The notes: generated by a model not told the origin, from the letters alone. A DNA stretch of 29,383 nucleotides from Clostridia bacterium (GCA_045534415.1 JAZSJR010000222.1:1-29383); one strand, 5' to 3'. Numbered from the stretch's first letter, positions 1 through 8,982 are shown. A program made the numbers and translations.

Positions 1-37
1 ACGATCCGACTTATGCCTGTGGGTTCTCCTTTAATAC

Positions 38-206
38 GGGCTGTCGAGGACGCCAGCCCCTACACATTTACATTGGGCATTAACAATGGTAATGTTTGTA
101 GGGGACGGCCTCCCGGACATACCACAACCTAAACCGGAACGACACACAGGTCGTTCCCTACGGCGCTATTATCATTCTTGTAGGGGAGGGCCTGTGTGCC
201 CTCCCG
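38..206. repeat. Cluster of four REP-like GTAG-tailed palindromes in alternating orientation
   Basis: Units: 38-63 (rc GTAG-GGGCTG..CAGCCC), 98-123 (GTAGGGGACGGCCTCCCGGAC, degenerate), 136-161 (rc GTAG-GGAACGAC-ctgtgt-GTCGTTCC) and 180-206 (GTAG-GGGAGGGC-ctgtgt-GCCCTCCC). A GTAG tetranucleotide followed by a hairpin is the REP/BIME architecture linked to RAYT Y1 transposases. Confidence 0.8.
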
Positions 207-215
207 CAAATAGAA

Positions 216-244
216 AAAAGCACCTGACATTGTCAGGTGCTTTT
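216..244. terminator. Intrinsic terminator, probably bidirectional, downstream of the minus-strand operon
   Basis: Perfect inverted repeat AAAAGCACCTGACA-t-TGTCAGGTGCTTTT with A/T tails, lying just 3' of the 266-421 ORF. Confidence 0.85.
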
Positions 245-265
245 ATTAAATCATTAAATTAATGA

Positions 266-421
266 TTAGTTGATAGAACCAGTGTTTGTTAAAGCGATAA
301 GATTGGAGTGTACAGTAACTGCCCCACGTTCTCTGTCATAGGACCAAGTTGCATTAGCTGCCAGATTTTCGCTAACTCTGATTTCGCGAACCTCTAATTC
401 GGGTTTCATGTATTCTTTCAT
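266..421 (-). CDS. Unannotated 51-aa small protein with a YxxPxL leader-like N-terminus
   Basis: Hand translation: MKEYMKPELEVREIRVSENLAANATWSYDRERGAVTVHSNLIALTNTGSIN*. A strong SD (AAGGAGGGTG) lies 9 nt before the ATG and overlaps the TAA of the upstream gene. A terminator follows. Confidence 0.85.
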   Translation of the reverse strand: MKEYMKPELEVREIRVSENLAANATWSYDRERGAVTVHSNLIALTNTGSIN

Positions 422-438
422 TTCTCTCTGCACCCTCC

Positions 439-1440
439 TTAATTCAAATCAAAAGAATCATCGCTAAGATCTAATTTACCATTGGCCAAAGCATAGACTT
501 TAGCTTCATAAACAGTACCACTAACGAAGAATCGTTCACTTGTATCATCAATTTGGATTACAAACTGACCTTCTGCAGTTGCACCTAATGCAGGAAGCCT
601 AATGATTTCCTGATTTTCTGTATCGCCTTCAGTTAAAGTTTCTAAAGTAGCAACATCAGGAACAGCAGCCGCAAAATCATAATTGCCTTCAGCAGGCTTT
701 ACAGCAACCAGAATGCCATATTCGGTAGCATCAGTAGCAGTTGCAACAACACTAGCAATTCTGTTATTTGCATCAACCTTTGTTACCTCGCCGACTTTGC
801 TAGCAGCAGGGGTAGCATCAGTAGCAATTTCCTTTGTTGCAAAAGTAAAGGTATACTCTGTATCATCAGTAACATCAAAAGCAATCTTATCCTTGCTAAC
901 CAATTCACCCTTACCAGTAACAGAAACTAATTCGTCACCAGGTGCAGCAATAACATAGAACGTTACTTTGTTTTAAACATTAACAGATTTCGCATTCGTA
1001 TCAATGTCATCTGTCTCATTAGCAACAGCTGTAACAATGGATTTGCCACTACCACCTGTTACTTTCCAAGTAACAGTGTAGTTCGGCAAAGTAATTGATT
1101 GTTCTACAAAATTACTTGCTGCTAAAGAAGTAGTACCAACCTTAACAGTTGCCCCTTTTGCACCCTCAGCTGCATCCGTAAAAGTAGAAGAAGCATTACC
1201 GCTACCATCAGCAGTCTGCTGGTCAATCCAAATGATGTCATCCTCTTTCTGAACCAAAAAAGCAACCTGCTCATTAGGATTTGCAACAACACTAGTGACT
1301 ACCCGTACTGTGTCTGCCTCAGCAGTTGTGTAAGTTGTTTCCACCACAATCGGAGTAGCAGCAAAAGCAACCATGCTCATGCAGAAAAGCATCGAGATAG
1401 CCACAACGGCTGACAGCGCTCTCAATAAACCTTTTTTCAT
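439..1440 (-). pseudogene. Secreted/cell-surface protein (about 333 aa) interrupted by one in-frame TAA at 973-975
   Basis: ORFs 973-1440 and 439-903 share one frame. The gap reads KSVNV*NKVTFYVIAAPGDELVSVTGKGELVSKDK with no other stop. It has a Sec-type signal peptide (MKKGLLRALSAVVAISMLFCMSMVAFAA) and Thr/Ala/Val-rich beta-type sequence. The TTG at 903 has no properly spaced SD. Confidence 0.8.
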
Positions 1441-1494
1441 TAATCACACCCACTTTTCTTAAAATTGATAGTCTTTTATCATGATCCTACAACA

Positions 1495-1523
1495 ATTTTA
1501 CTACAAAAAAAACTTGTTGTCAA
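1495..1523 (-). promoter_or_regulatory. Near-consensus sigmaA promoter for the surface-protein/small-peptide operon
   Basis: On the minus strand TTGACA (1523-1518), a 17-nt spacer, then TAAAAT (1500-1495), 55 nt upstream of the ATG at 1440. Confidence 0.75.
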
Positions 1524-1691
1524 TAATAAAAATTGAAAAAAAACCTTTTTTTATCGGTTTTGGCAATTTAAACAAAGACACCAACACTTATTTGTGAAAT
1601 CGGTCAATCCTTTATGCAATATTACAGAGATATACACTAAATATAGTTTCTCGGTCTGTATATATTTTTACAGTAAAAAAACAAAAAAACC

Positions 1692-1720
1692 TTGCTTTTA
1701 CCCTCAAAGTCTGCTATAAT
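1692..1720 (+). promoter_or_regulatory. sigmaA promoter of tRNA-Val
   Basis: TTGCTT (1692-1697), a 17-nt spacer, then TATAAT (1715-1720) with an extended -10 TG, 17 nt before the tRNA. Confidence 0.75.
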
Positions 1721-1737
1721 TTGTTATGCTGATTTAT

Positions 1738-1814
1738 GAGGGTATAGCTCAGTTGGTTAGAGTGCTTGCTTGACATGCAAGAGGTCGATGGTTCAAGTCC
1801 ATTTATCCTCACCA
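1738..1814 (+). tRNA. tRNA-Val (anticodon GAC)
   Basis: Cloverleaf: acceptor GAGGGTA/TATCCTC, D arm GCTC..GAGT, anticodon arm CTTGC-TTGACAT-GCAAG, T arm GATGG-TTCAAGT-CCATT, and an encoded 3' CCA. Confidence 0.97.
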
Positions 1815-1824
1815 AACACGGTTT

Positions 1825-1862
1825 AAAAGAGAGGCAACAGAAACATCTGTTGCCTCTCTTTT
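1825..1862. terminator. Bidirectional intrinsic terminator between the tRNA and the ABC operon
   Basis: Perfect 17-bp inverted repeat AAAAGAGAGGCAACAGA-aaca-TCTGTTGCCTCTCTTTT between convergent transcripts. Confidence 0.9.
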
Positions 1863-1883
1863 TATTCTTTATTAAGGTAATAA

Positions 1884-3470
1884 TTATTTAATATTCTCAT
1901 TCAATTCCGCTTCAATTGCTTTTGCATCAGCTTCAATTGCAGCGATCTGAGATTGCCATTCGGCTTCGGGATTACCAGCCATAACAACATCCAAAAGAAT
2001 TTCGTGGGTCTTAACCTTTGCATTGAATTTAGAAAGTGCATCAGAGCTGTAGAACTGAACGCCCAAGTCAACCATGCTAAAGGCTCTATCACCATTCAGT
2101 TTTGCAAGACCCAGCTCGTTTAAAGAACTCATGCTTGCCATGTCAAGACCATCTTTGGGAATATATTTTTTGTCAGCAAAGTTACTGCTAATTAAAGAAT
2201 TAAAAATGCCGATTGAAGGATACTTGTCAGCCATCTTATAGCCACCCTCTTCATCAGTGGGCGGAATCAGACGAGTAATGGTATCACCTTCCATTTTATA
2301 GTCAACACCTTCAAGACCATAGTTCTTCAGCATTGCACCATCATTACCTGCAATATAATCCATAACGGTTAGCAGTCTGTCAAATTTTTCATCGCTCATA
2401 GCCGGACTATAATAAGAGCATTCCCAGAAGTCAGTATTTTCACGACCATGAATCTTGCCGTCCGGTGAAGTAAACCAACACAAACCTAAAACATCATCTG
2501 CTTCAAGACCGGGATTGGATTCTTCAAACAGCTTTTTAAGGTTCTTAAATGCATTGACACCGCTCCAGTTTTCGTAGTAAATACCAGCTTTACCGGTTAC
2601 AAACAGGCTCTTAACGTTATCTAACTTATGTGCAAAGAAGTTAGGATGCAAAATGCCTTCTTTGTAAGCCTTTGCATACTCTAAAACACCGTCTTTGGTT
2701 GCCGGATCGGTCATACCGTAAACATACTTGCCGTCTGCACCTTTACGGAACATATTATAGCTGCTGTTATAAGCAGTTACAAAAATGTTGGGTGCCTCGG
2801 TGTAATGTACAGCAATACCAACAACGTTGTCTTTGCCTACACCACCTAAGTCTGCTTCTTTAAACTTTTTAGCAGCAGCCATTAAATCTTCATAAGGCAT
2901 AACAGTAGAAAATTCAATCCCCAGCTGCTCTGCCCAGTCTTTTCTGTAAACAAAACCATACATATCAACGTTTACGTCAAAGCCTTCTTCGTAAACTTTC
3001 GTGCCAAAACCATAACCGGGAATGAATGTATAAATTTTACCATCGTTAGATTCTTTTAATTTGTCCCAGGTTTTGTTATTTTTCATAACATTCGCAATAT
3101 TGGGGTATTCTTTTTCTAAATTATCAGGTAACGCCCTTACAACACCCTGGCTTGCAAATTTCATATAATCCTTATAGTTAAATGCCCATTTGATAATATC
3201 AGGCATATCGCCGGATGACAGCCAGATATTATTCTTTTCTGACCAGTTTTCATAAGAAACACCCAGAGGTTCAAAGGTTACTCCAAATTTTTCAGAAATC
3301 ATCTGATACAAAGCATCGCTGGTGATATCATCTTTAGGATTAACCATTGCAATACGGTAATTGTAGGTTCCGCCTTCGCTCACTTCCGTAGTTTTGCCAC
3401 CACAACCAGCAAGCATACCGACGGCAAGCACAGCAACCATCAGAAATGCCAAAGCTTTTTTTGCTTTCAT
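1884..3470 (-). CDS. Carbohydrate ABC transporter substrate-binding lipoprotein (family 1, LplA-like)
   Basis: 528 aa with a lipobox LAGC after a basic/hydrophobic leader, the SBP-like motif LSSGDMPDII and YRKDW, a strong SD AAGGAGG, and a position downstream of two sugar permeases. Confidence 0.92.
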   Translation of the reverse strand: MKAKKALAFLMVAVLAVGMLAGCGGKTTEVSEGGTYNYRIAMVNPKDDITSDALYQMISEKFGVTFEPLGVSYENWSEKNNIWLSSGDMPDIIKWAFNYKDYMKFASQGVVRALPDNLEKEYPNIANVMKNNKTWDKLKESNDGKIYTFIPGYGFGTKVYEEGFDVNVDMYGFVYRKDWAEQLGIEFSTVMPYEDLMAAAKKFKEADLGGVGKDNVVGIAVHYTEAPNIFVTAYNSSYNMFRKGADGKYVYGMTDPATKDGVLEYAKAYKEGILHPNFFAHKLDNVKSLFVTGKAGIYYENWSGVNAFKNLKKLFEESNPGLEADDVLGLCWFTSPDGKIHGRENTDFWECSYYSPAMSDEKFDRLLTVMDYIAGNDGAMLKNYGLEGVDYKMEGDTITRLIPPTDEEGGYKMADKYPSIGIFNSLISSNFADKKYIPKDGLDMASMSSLNELGLAKLNGDRAFSMVDLGVQFYSSDALSKFNAKVKTHEILLDVVMAGNPEAEWQSQIAAIEADAKAIEAELNENIK

Positions 3471-3517
3471 AATATTTTCCTCCTTGCTTTTATTCCTTTT
3501 TAATTTTATATATTATA

Positions 3518-4390
3518 TCAGCCCTTTACAGCGCCAATCATAATACCTTTAATAAAATATTTCTGCATAAAGGGATATACGCACATAATGGGAACCATAG
3601 TAACAACAACAGTTGCCATTTTTACACTTTGAGAGAATGTTTCCACCCCAAGCTGTTCATCTGACAAAGAACCGGTATTGACTTTGTTCGCAACCTCATT
3701 GATGGTTTCACGAAGTGCAAGCTGCAGGGGCCACTGCTTGGTGTCAGTAATAAACAACAGGGGAAAATACCATTCATTCCACTTACCAACCACACAGAAC
3801 AGCAAAATAGTTGCCAAAATTGGTTTTGCCAAAGGCAGATAAATTTGGAAACAGATTCTGATATCATTTGCACCATCAATTCTTGCGGATTCTTCCAAGG
3901 AATCAGATATGCCATAAAAATAATTCTTTACCAAAATCATATTATATGTACTCATAGCACCAATTAAGATAATCGGCCACAATGTGTTTAACAAGCCCAG
4001 ATTTTTTACCAGGATATAAAGCGGAATAATACCGCCACCAAAGTACATCGGCAAAACAAAAAAGTTGTTAATCGCATTTCTGAGCGGGAACCGTTTACGG
4101 CTCATTGCGTAACCTGCAGTTGCCGTCAGAAACAGGCTGAGGGGTGTATACGCAGCAACAATAATTAAAGAATTTGCAAACCCTCTGGGTATCTTGCTGT
4201 TGGCAAAAATTGCTTTATACGCATCAAAGGTCACATGTTTTACATAGAAGGAGAAAGGATTCTGCATATACTCAGCTTCCGTCATAAAAGATGTGAGAAC
4301 TGTATTATAGAAGGGGTAGAAAATAGCAAATCCCCATGCAATCATCGCCGCTGCTATAATAACATCGGCAAGTGTAATTCGTTTTTTCAT
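3518..4390 (-). CDS. Carbohydrate ABC transporter permease (LplC/MalG-like)
   Basis: 290 aa, multiple TM segments and the EAA loop ESARIDGANDIRICFQIYLPLAKP. Confidence 0.95.
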   Translation of the reverse strand: MKKRITLADVIIAAAMIAWGFAIFYPFYNTVLTSFMTEAEYMQNPFSFYVKHVTFDAYKAIFANSKIPRGFANSLIIVAAYTPLSLFLTATAGYAMSRKRFPLRNAINNFFVLPMYFGGGIIPLYILVKNLGLLNTLWPIILIGAMSTYNMILVKNYFYGISDSLEESARIDGANDIRICFQIYLPLAKPILATILLFCVVGKWNEWYFPLLFITDTKQWPLQLALRETINEVANKVNTGSLSDEQLGVETFSQSVKMATVVVTMVPIMCVYPFMQKYFIKGIMIGAVKG

Positions 4391-4392
4391 CT

Positions 4393-5349
4393 TTATTTAC
4401 CCCCTTCCAGAACGCCGACACCTTGTACTTTCTTCGAAAATACATTGGCAACAGTGAGTAACATAAAGTTAATAACTGAAGTAAACAAGCCAATCGCTGT
4501 TGTGAATGAGAAGCTTCCGCCCTGCAGGAACGTATAATTGTAAATATATACATCCAGGGTTTCAGCAACCTCAGAAATAGCAGGGTTCTGCATATTAAAT
4601 ATCTGATCAAAGTGACCGCTGATTAAACTACCAATTTTCAAAACAAGCAGCATACTGATGGTGGTGCTGATACTGGGAACTGTGATATAGAACATTTTCT
4701 GCCAACGACTTGCGCCATCAAGCTCTGCCGCTTCATAAAGCTCTGCATCAATACCGGCAATCGCAGCCAGATATACAATACTGCTCCAACCAGCACTCTT
4801 CCATATCTCTGTTATAATCAAAACAGGAATAAAAAGTTTTTTCTCACCCAGGAACGTAATTCTGTCCATACCGAAGAAATTTATAACGGCATTGATTGGA
4901 CCGTTAAAATCTAAAAAGTTGATAAAAATACCGGACAGAATAACCCAGGATAAGAAATGAGGAAAGGTGTAAACTGTTTGCAGGGTTCTTTGTAATTTGC
5001 TACTACGCAGCTCATTAAAGAACAACGCAATCAAAATCGGCATAGGGAAAGTAAAAATAATAAACAAAAAGCTGATTTTAACCGTATTCCAGAACACATA
5101 CCAAAAATGTGAATCTGTTACAACCTGCTCAAAAATGTCAAATCCAACCCAGGGGCTCTTCAAAATACCAAGTCCCGCATTGAACTCCTTAAACGCAAGG
5201 AGCAAGCCATAGAGCGGGCCGTAACAAAACAGACCAATCATCAAAACACTCGGAAGCAGTAACAGATATAAATATCTTGACTGCCACATTTCCTGACCGA
5301 GTCTGCGTCTCTGTACACGCAATTCTTCTTTTCCTACTTTCGCTTTCAA
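4393..5349 (-). CDS. Carbohydrate ABC transporter permease (LplB/MalF-like)
   Basis: EAA loop LYEAAELDGASRWQKMFYITVP and the motif PHFLSWVI typical of LplB-like permeases. Start moved from 5370 to the TTG at 5349, which follows SD AGAGGTG. Confidence 0.93.
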   Translation of the reverse strand: MKAKVGKEELRVQRRRLGQEMWQSRYLYLLLLPSVLMIGLFCYGPLYGLLLAFKEFNAGLGILKSPWVGFDIFEQVVTDSHFWYVFWNTVKISFLFIIFTFPMPILIALFFNELRSSKLQRTLQTVYTFPHFLSWVILSGIFINFLDFNGPINAVINFFGMDRITFLGEKKLFIPVLIITEIWKSAGWSSIVYLAAIAGIDAELYEAAELDGASRWQKMFYITVPSISTTISMLLVLKIGSLISGHFDQIFNMQNPAISEVAETLDVYIYNYTFLQGGSFSFTTAIGLFTSVINFMLLTVANVFSKKVQGVGVLEGGK

Positions 5350-5391
5350 TGTAACATCACCTCTAGTCATTGTTCATCAATATTTTATTCT

Positions 5392-5460
5392 ATTATAAAT
5401 AATTCTTATGAAATAAGATAGGGAAAATCCTAGGATATTTATGTCATATCCTAGGATTTT
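5392..5460 (-). promoter_or_regulatory. Activator-dependent promoter of the ABC operon with a tandem operator candidate
   Basis: TATAAT at 5397-5392 with a poor -35 (TATCTT, 5420-5415). Two palindromic ATCCTAGGAT boxes at 5427-5436 and 5448-5457 (21-bp period) lie immediately upstream and together form a 14-bp inverted repeat (5424-5460). Confidence 0.65.
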
Positions 5461-5469
5461 GCATACATT

Positions 5470-7182
5470 CTATATGGAAAGCTGTCTGACCGTAATAAGA
5501 ATTTCCGTCCCCTCTCCTACTTTACTGAAGACAGAAAGCCCGCAACCATCACCATAGGTCAATTTTAATCTGGTGTGTACATTTAAAAGACCATAATGGT
5601 CCCCTGCGTCATCCTTAACGCTGGCTGCGTTATTTTCTAAAAGAGATGATTGTATTTTTGCAAGCGTTTCAGGTTCAATGCCCCGACCGTTATCCTTAAC
5701 CGAAATTTCTACATAGCCGTCATCTCTGATTTTTCCATCCAACTCCAGCACACCGTCTGCACCCAGGTCTCCGTGCTTTAAGGTGTTTTCAACAAGAGGC
5801 TGAAACACCATTTTAATAATACTCTGTTCCATCACCTCTGGCGGTATGTGGATGTCGAGCCGGATGGGGTTCCCGCGCCTTGCGTTTACTACATTAAAAT
5901 ATGACAAGGCATAAAACAAATCTTTCCTCACCGTTGCTTCTCTGCCGGCATCCATGTTGTACCGGAAATTCTGGGACAAGACGCTGGTGATATCAGCAAT
6001 TTTTTCTACACCGTGTTCTTGAGCAACACCTTTTATATATTCCATAGAATTATATAAAAAGTGCGGGGAAATTTTTTCTTGCAGTTGCTCTATCTGCGCC
6101 TCTAACTGCAAAAGCTTCGCCGTGTGAACTTCCTCCTCCATCACCTGATTTTTATGAATTGTTGCCTCATACTCATCCAAAAGCTTATTGAAACTTTTGG
6201 CAATGCTGTTAATTTCATTATTACGCTTATAGCGGATTCTGTGACCCCACTGGCCGCCACAAATGACGCCAATTTCTTCTTCAATATCTGAAATAGATTC
6301 AGATATATTTTTAATCAGAATTTTAATCAGCACAGTTAAAAGCATAATATTTAAAAGAATTACCACCGCCATGAACATAAAAAATGTGCTTTGGTCAGAG
6401 CCAATGCTGGTTTTGGGGACTGAAAAACAAAGCTTCCATTTCGGTTTTGTCATGGTAACCATTTTGCACCAGGAATCTGCTGCATGAACATCCTCAGAAA
6501 AGGTCTGTCCAAATTCCCCTTCGTGGCCTGATAGTAAAATAGTGTCGTTATAATTCAAAACACGAAGGGTGAATTTTTTACGGTCAAAAACCGGTTCTAA
6601 GTAGTTTTCCACTTCCCCCACCTCAAACATAATCACAACGTAATAAGGCAGGTCATTTTGCCGAAAATCATTCAAGGAACGAATCCGGCTGACATAAGCA
6701 AAACAGTTCGTGTCCTGATACTGATACGCTTTTACAAAGCTTTGCGTGGTCAGTTCAACCGGAATATCTTGTTTAACCTGATCCAGCACCGAAAGTGAGC
6801 GAATCATATCCGTTCCCTGCGATACATTTAAAAGAATATTTTTACCATCTAATAATGCAACGTATTTAATGTCCTTATTGGCAAAAATAATGGAGGTTAT
6901 ATTGTTTAAAATCAAATTATAGTTTTCATATGTCCTGTTTACCTGAGGTTCAAACAAATAGTCCAGCACATAAGAATCGGTCATAATGTTAATGGAGACA
7001 TCCTCTACGCTTTTATAAAGCTCCACTACCCGCTCCGCCGTTTGGTTGGCTGTTGCCTCAATTAACGAATCACGCATATTCCTGTTCCAGCTCTGAAACA
7101 GAAAAAAGAAACATAATTGAATTAGTAAAAACAAACTGAATGTTCCTGCAATAATCCAGGTAAACCAGGTTTTAATCTTCAT
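5470..7182 (-). CDS. YesM-like membrane sensor histidine kinase
   Basis: Two TM segments flank an extracellular domain, followed by a HAMP-like region, H-box EKISPHFLYNS, N-box QPLVENTLKHG, G1 DNGRG and G2 HYGLLNV. Start chosen at ATG 7182 (after SD GGGG), overlapping the regulator stop. Confidence 0.93.
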   Translation of the reverse strand: MKIKTWFTWIIAGTFSLFLLIQLCFFFLFQSWNRNMRDSLIEATANQTAERVVELYKSVEDVSINIMTDSYVLDYLFEPQVNRTYENYNLILNNITSIIFANKDIKYVALLDGKNILLNVSQGTDMIRSLSVLDQVKQDIPVELTTQSFVKAYQYQDTNCFAYVSRIRSLNDFRQNDLPYYVVIMFEVGEVENYLEPVFDRKKFTLRVLNYNDTILLSGHEGEFGQTFSEDVHAADSWCKMVTMTKPKWKLCFSVPKTSIGSDQSTFFMFMAVVILLNIMLLTVLIKILIKNISESISDIEEEIGVICGGQWGHRIRYKRNNEINSIAKSFNKLLDEYEATIHKNQVMEEEVHTAKLLQLEAQIEQLQEKISPHFLYNSMEYIKGVAQEHGVEKIADITSVLSQNFRYNMDAGREATVRKDLFYALSYFNVVNARRGNPIRLDIHIPPEVMEQSIIKMVFQPLVENTLKHGDLGADGVLELDGKIRDDGYVEISVKDNGRGIEPETLAKIQSSLLENNAASVKDDAGDHYGLLNVHTRLKLTYGDGCGLSVFSKVGEGTEILITVRQLSI

Positions 7183-8650
7183 ATTCAACATCCCCTACGT
7201 GCTTTTTTCGATACTGATAAGGGGTAACACCTACGTATTTTTTGAAAATTTTATTAAAATAACAATAATCACCATAGCCGACAGATTCTGCAATGTTCGA
7301 AATGTTCAGCCTTGTGCTTCTGAGAAGCTCTTTCGCTGTTTCAATGCGAATATCTGCCAGATATTCAATAATGGTTTTATGGGTCAGAGTTTTGAAAATA
7401 TCGCTTAAATATGCCTCACTGATATAAAACATAGAGCCCAGTTCTTTAATTCGGATTTTTTGAACGTAATTTTTCTCAAGATATTCCTTCACTTGCTGGA
7501 CAATCTCGGCAGAATTAACCTTTGCTTTTTCAGAAACAAATTCATCCTGATTCTCCAAAATTGCCCCGAGAGCCTCATTCAAGGCATGACACATATTCAA
7601 AACATCCGGATATTCATTCAATAACTCTTCAAAAGATAAAATATAAAGAAAGTCTTTTTTACCTTTTTGCCGCAACAACGAATTTAAGCGGATGACAAAC
7701 GCATTGTGGAAAAAAACTACCTGTTCCATTGTATAATTTTTTTGAACAGCCCGCTCCGGTAACGATTTCAGCAAGTTATATAGTGCTTCAAAATCCTCCC
7801 GCTCAAAGGATTGTTCCATGGTGTTCATCAAGCTGTCAAAATCCTTTTCCACGCCTTCTTCAATTTTATAAACCCCAAAACAACCGTTGATAAACGTGCC
7901 ATAGGCAAGCATATTCGCCTGCTTGAATCCGGAATAAATTTCTTCTGCAGCGCTCACAACATCGCTGATGCCCAAGGCCATATTGCTGAAGCTACTGAGG
8001 TTTTCCAGCAAAATCATACTGTTTTCGCTTAAAGGCTCTTTGACCACCAGTAAGTATTTTTTGCTGCCAATTTTATATCGCTTAACAAGTTTCTCCTGCA
8101 GACACAAATTAAGGGATTCAAGACTGGCCTTTTCCATACAGCTGACAACAAACCGATATCTGCCGGGGAAGGTAATGCCACTCTCCAGCATAAAATCCTG
8201 AAATTGCTGTCTGCTTGACAAAAAGCTGTTAATATCATTCAATTGCACGCCGGTTGCATCACCAAACCGCACATTTAATTCGTTCATCAGTTTTTCAGTT
8301 GTCACATCCACTTCATATTCCGTAAAAGGCTTCAGCAGGTAATATACCACATCCAGCCTGATAGACACACGGGCATATTCAAAATTATTGTGCCCGCTGA
8401 TAATGACAAACAACGTCTTAGGAAGCAGGCGTCTGCATTCTTCAATCACCTGCAAGCCGGACACAATGCCCATTTCAATATCAATAAACACAATGTGGGG
8501 GTTTTCCTGCACAATCCGGTCCACAAGACCATGAGGGTCACTGATTTTTACAATGTCACGCACATGTAAACTGTTCCAGTCAAAGGCACTGTAAACACTT
8601 TCAACTGCCTCAATTTCATCATCAACAATCAGCGCTTTGTACATATCCAT
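7172..8650 (-). CDS. YesN-like response regulator (receiver domain plus AraC HTH)
   Basis: N-terminal LIVDDE and phospho-acceptor FIDIEM, YLLKPF, and a C-terminal AraC signature (YLSDIFK...IAESVGYGDYCYFNKIFKKYVGVTPYQYR). The start may be the ATG at 8644. Confidence 0.94.
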   Translation of the reverse strand: MDMYKALIVDDEIEAVESVYSAFDWNSLHVRDIVKISDPHGLVDRIVQENPHIVFIDIEMGIVSGLQVIEECRRLLPKTLFVIISGHNNFEYARVSIRLDVVYYLLKPFTEYEVDVTTEKLMNELNVRFGDATGVQLNDINSFLSSRQQFQDFMLESGITFPGRYRFVVSCMEKASLESLNLCLQEKLVKRYKIGSKKYLLVVKEPLSENSMILLENLSSFSNMALGISDVVSAAEEIYSGFKQANMLAYGTFINGCFGVYKIEEGVEKDFDSLMNTMEQSFEREDFEALYNLLKSLPERAVQKNYTMEQVVFFHNAFVIRLNSLLRQKGKKDFLYILSFEELLNEYPDVLNMCHALNEALGAILENQDEFVSEKAKVNSAEIVQQVKEYLEKNYVQKIRIKELGSMFYISEAYLSDIFKTLTHKTIIEYLADIRIETAKELLRSTRLNISNIAESVGYGDYCYFNKIFKKYVGVTPYQYRKKHVGDVEYED

Positions 8651-8748
8651 CCCACCCCCTTATGTATTTCAAAATGTAATTGTTCCTTTGCCAACCCAAT
8701 ACAAATTTTCCAAGTGGCAAAAAACTACCATATAACAATTCTTCTATT

Positions 8749-8778
8749 ATTATACTATAACCACGACTGCAAAAGCAA
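8749..8778 (-). promoter_or_regulatory. Putative sigmaA promoter of the two-component operon
   Basis: TTGCTT (8778-8773), an 18-nt spacer, then TATAAT (8754-8749) on the minus strand. Confidence 0.45.
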
Positions 8779-8982
8779 GCTTTCTGTTTCTGTAACCATT
8801 AACAATTTTATCCATATTTATCTTCTTACGGTTAAACAGCAAAGCGGCATCGCCGGTTATAAAATGACGATGCCGTTTGAACTCGTTATCGTTATTGTAA
8901 CAAAGGCACTATGGTTTGTCTATGTCTAATCCTATGATTTTTTATGTCAAATTCTTGGAATATGCACAAACAAAATTAAGCA

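Noticed and set aside
38-206. CRISPR array
   Set aside because: The units differ in sequence, alternate in orientation and are irregularly spaced, and there are no cas genes.
249-267. AT-rich palindrome AATCATTA-aat-TAATGATT next to the terminator
   Set aside because: It is weak and AT-rich, and expected by chance at this composition.
266-421. Small ORF as a bona fide lasso-peptide precursor
   Set aside because: After the only suitable Thr(-2) the core has no Asp/Glu at positions 7-9, and there are no B/C maturase genes in the window. It is kept only as leader-like.
683-958. Plus-strand ORFs antisense to the minus-strand genes (683-958, 1901-2095, 2672-2863, 4235-4537, 4997-5212, 6263-6487, 7199-8201, 27065-28274, 28666-28869)
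   Set aside because: They are shadows of longer, motif-bearing genes on the opposite strand, with no SD or recognisable motifs.
973-975. Alternative genetic code (TAA reassigned)
   Set aside because: Many genes in the window clearly end in TAA (e.g. at 266, 1884, 10252, 16878 and 26319).
1738-1814. tRNA-Val as the integration site of the neighbouring cargo
   Set aside because: No duplicate of the tRNA 3' end and no adjacent integrase was noticed in the window.
1884-5349. ABC operon without an ATPase gene
   Set aside because: This is normal for Firmicutes carbohydrate importers, which share an MsmX-type ATPase encoded elsewhere.
8845-8875. 8-bp inverted repeat CGGCATCG..CGATGCCG
   Set aside because: It has a long loop, a weak tail and no gene that it clearly terminates. 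It may be a relic but is not supportable.
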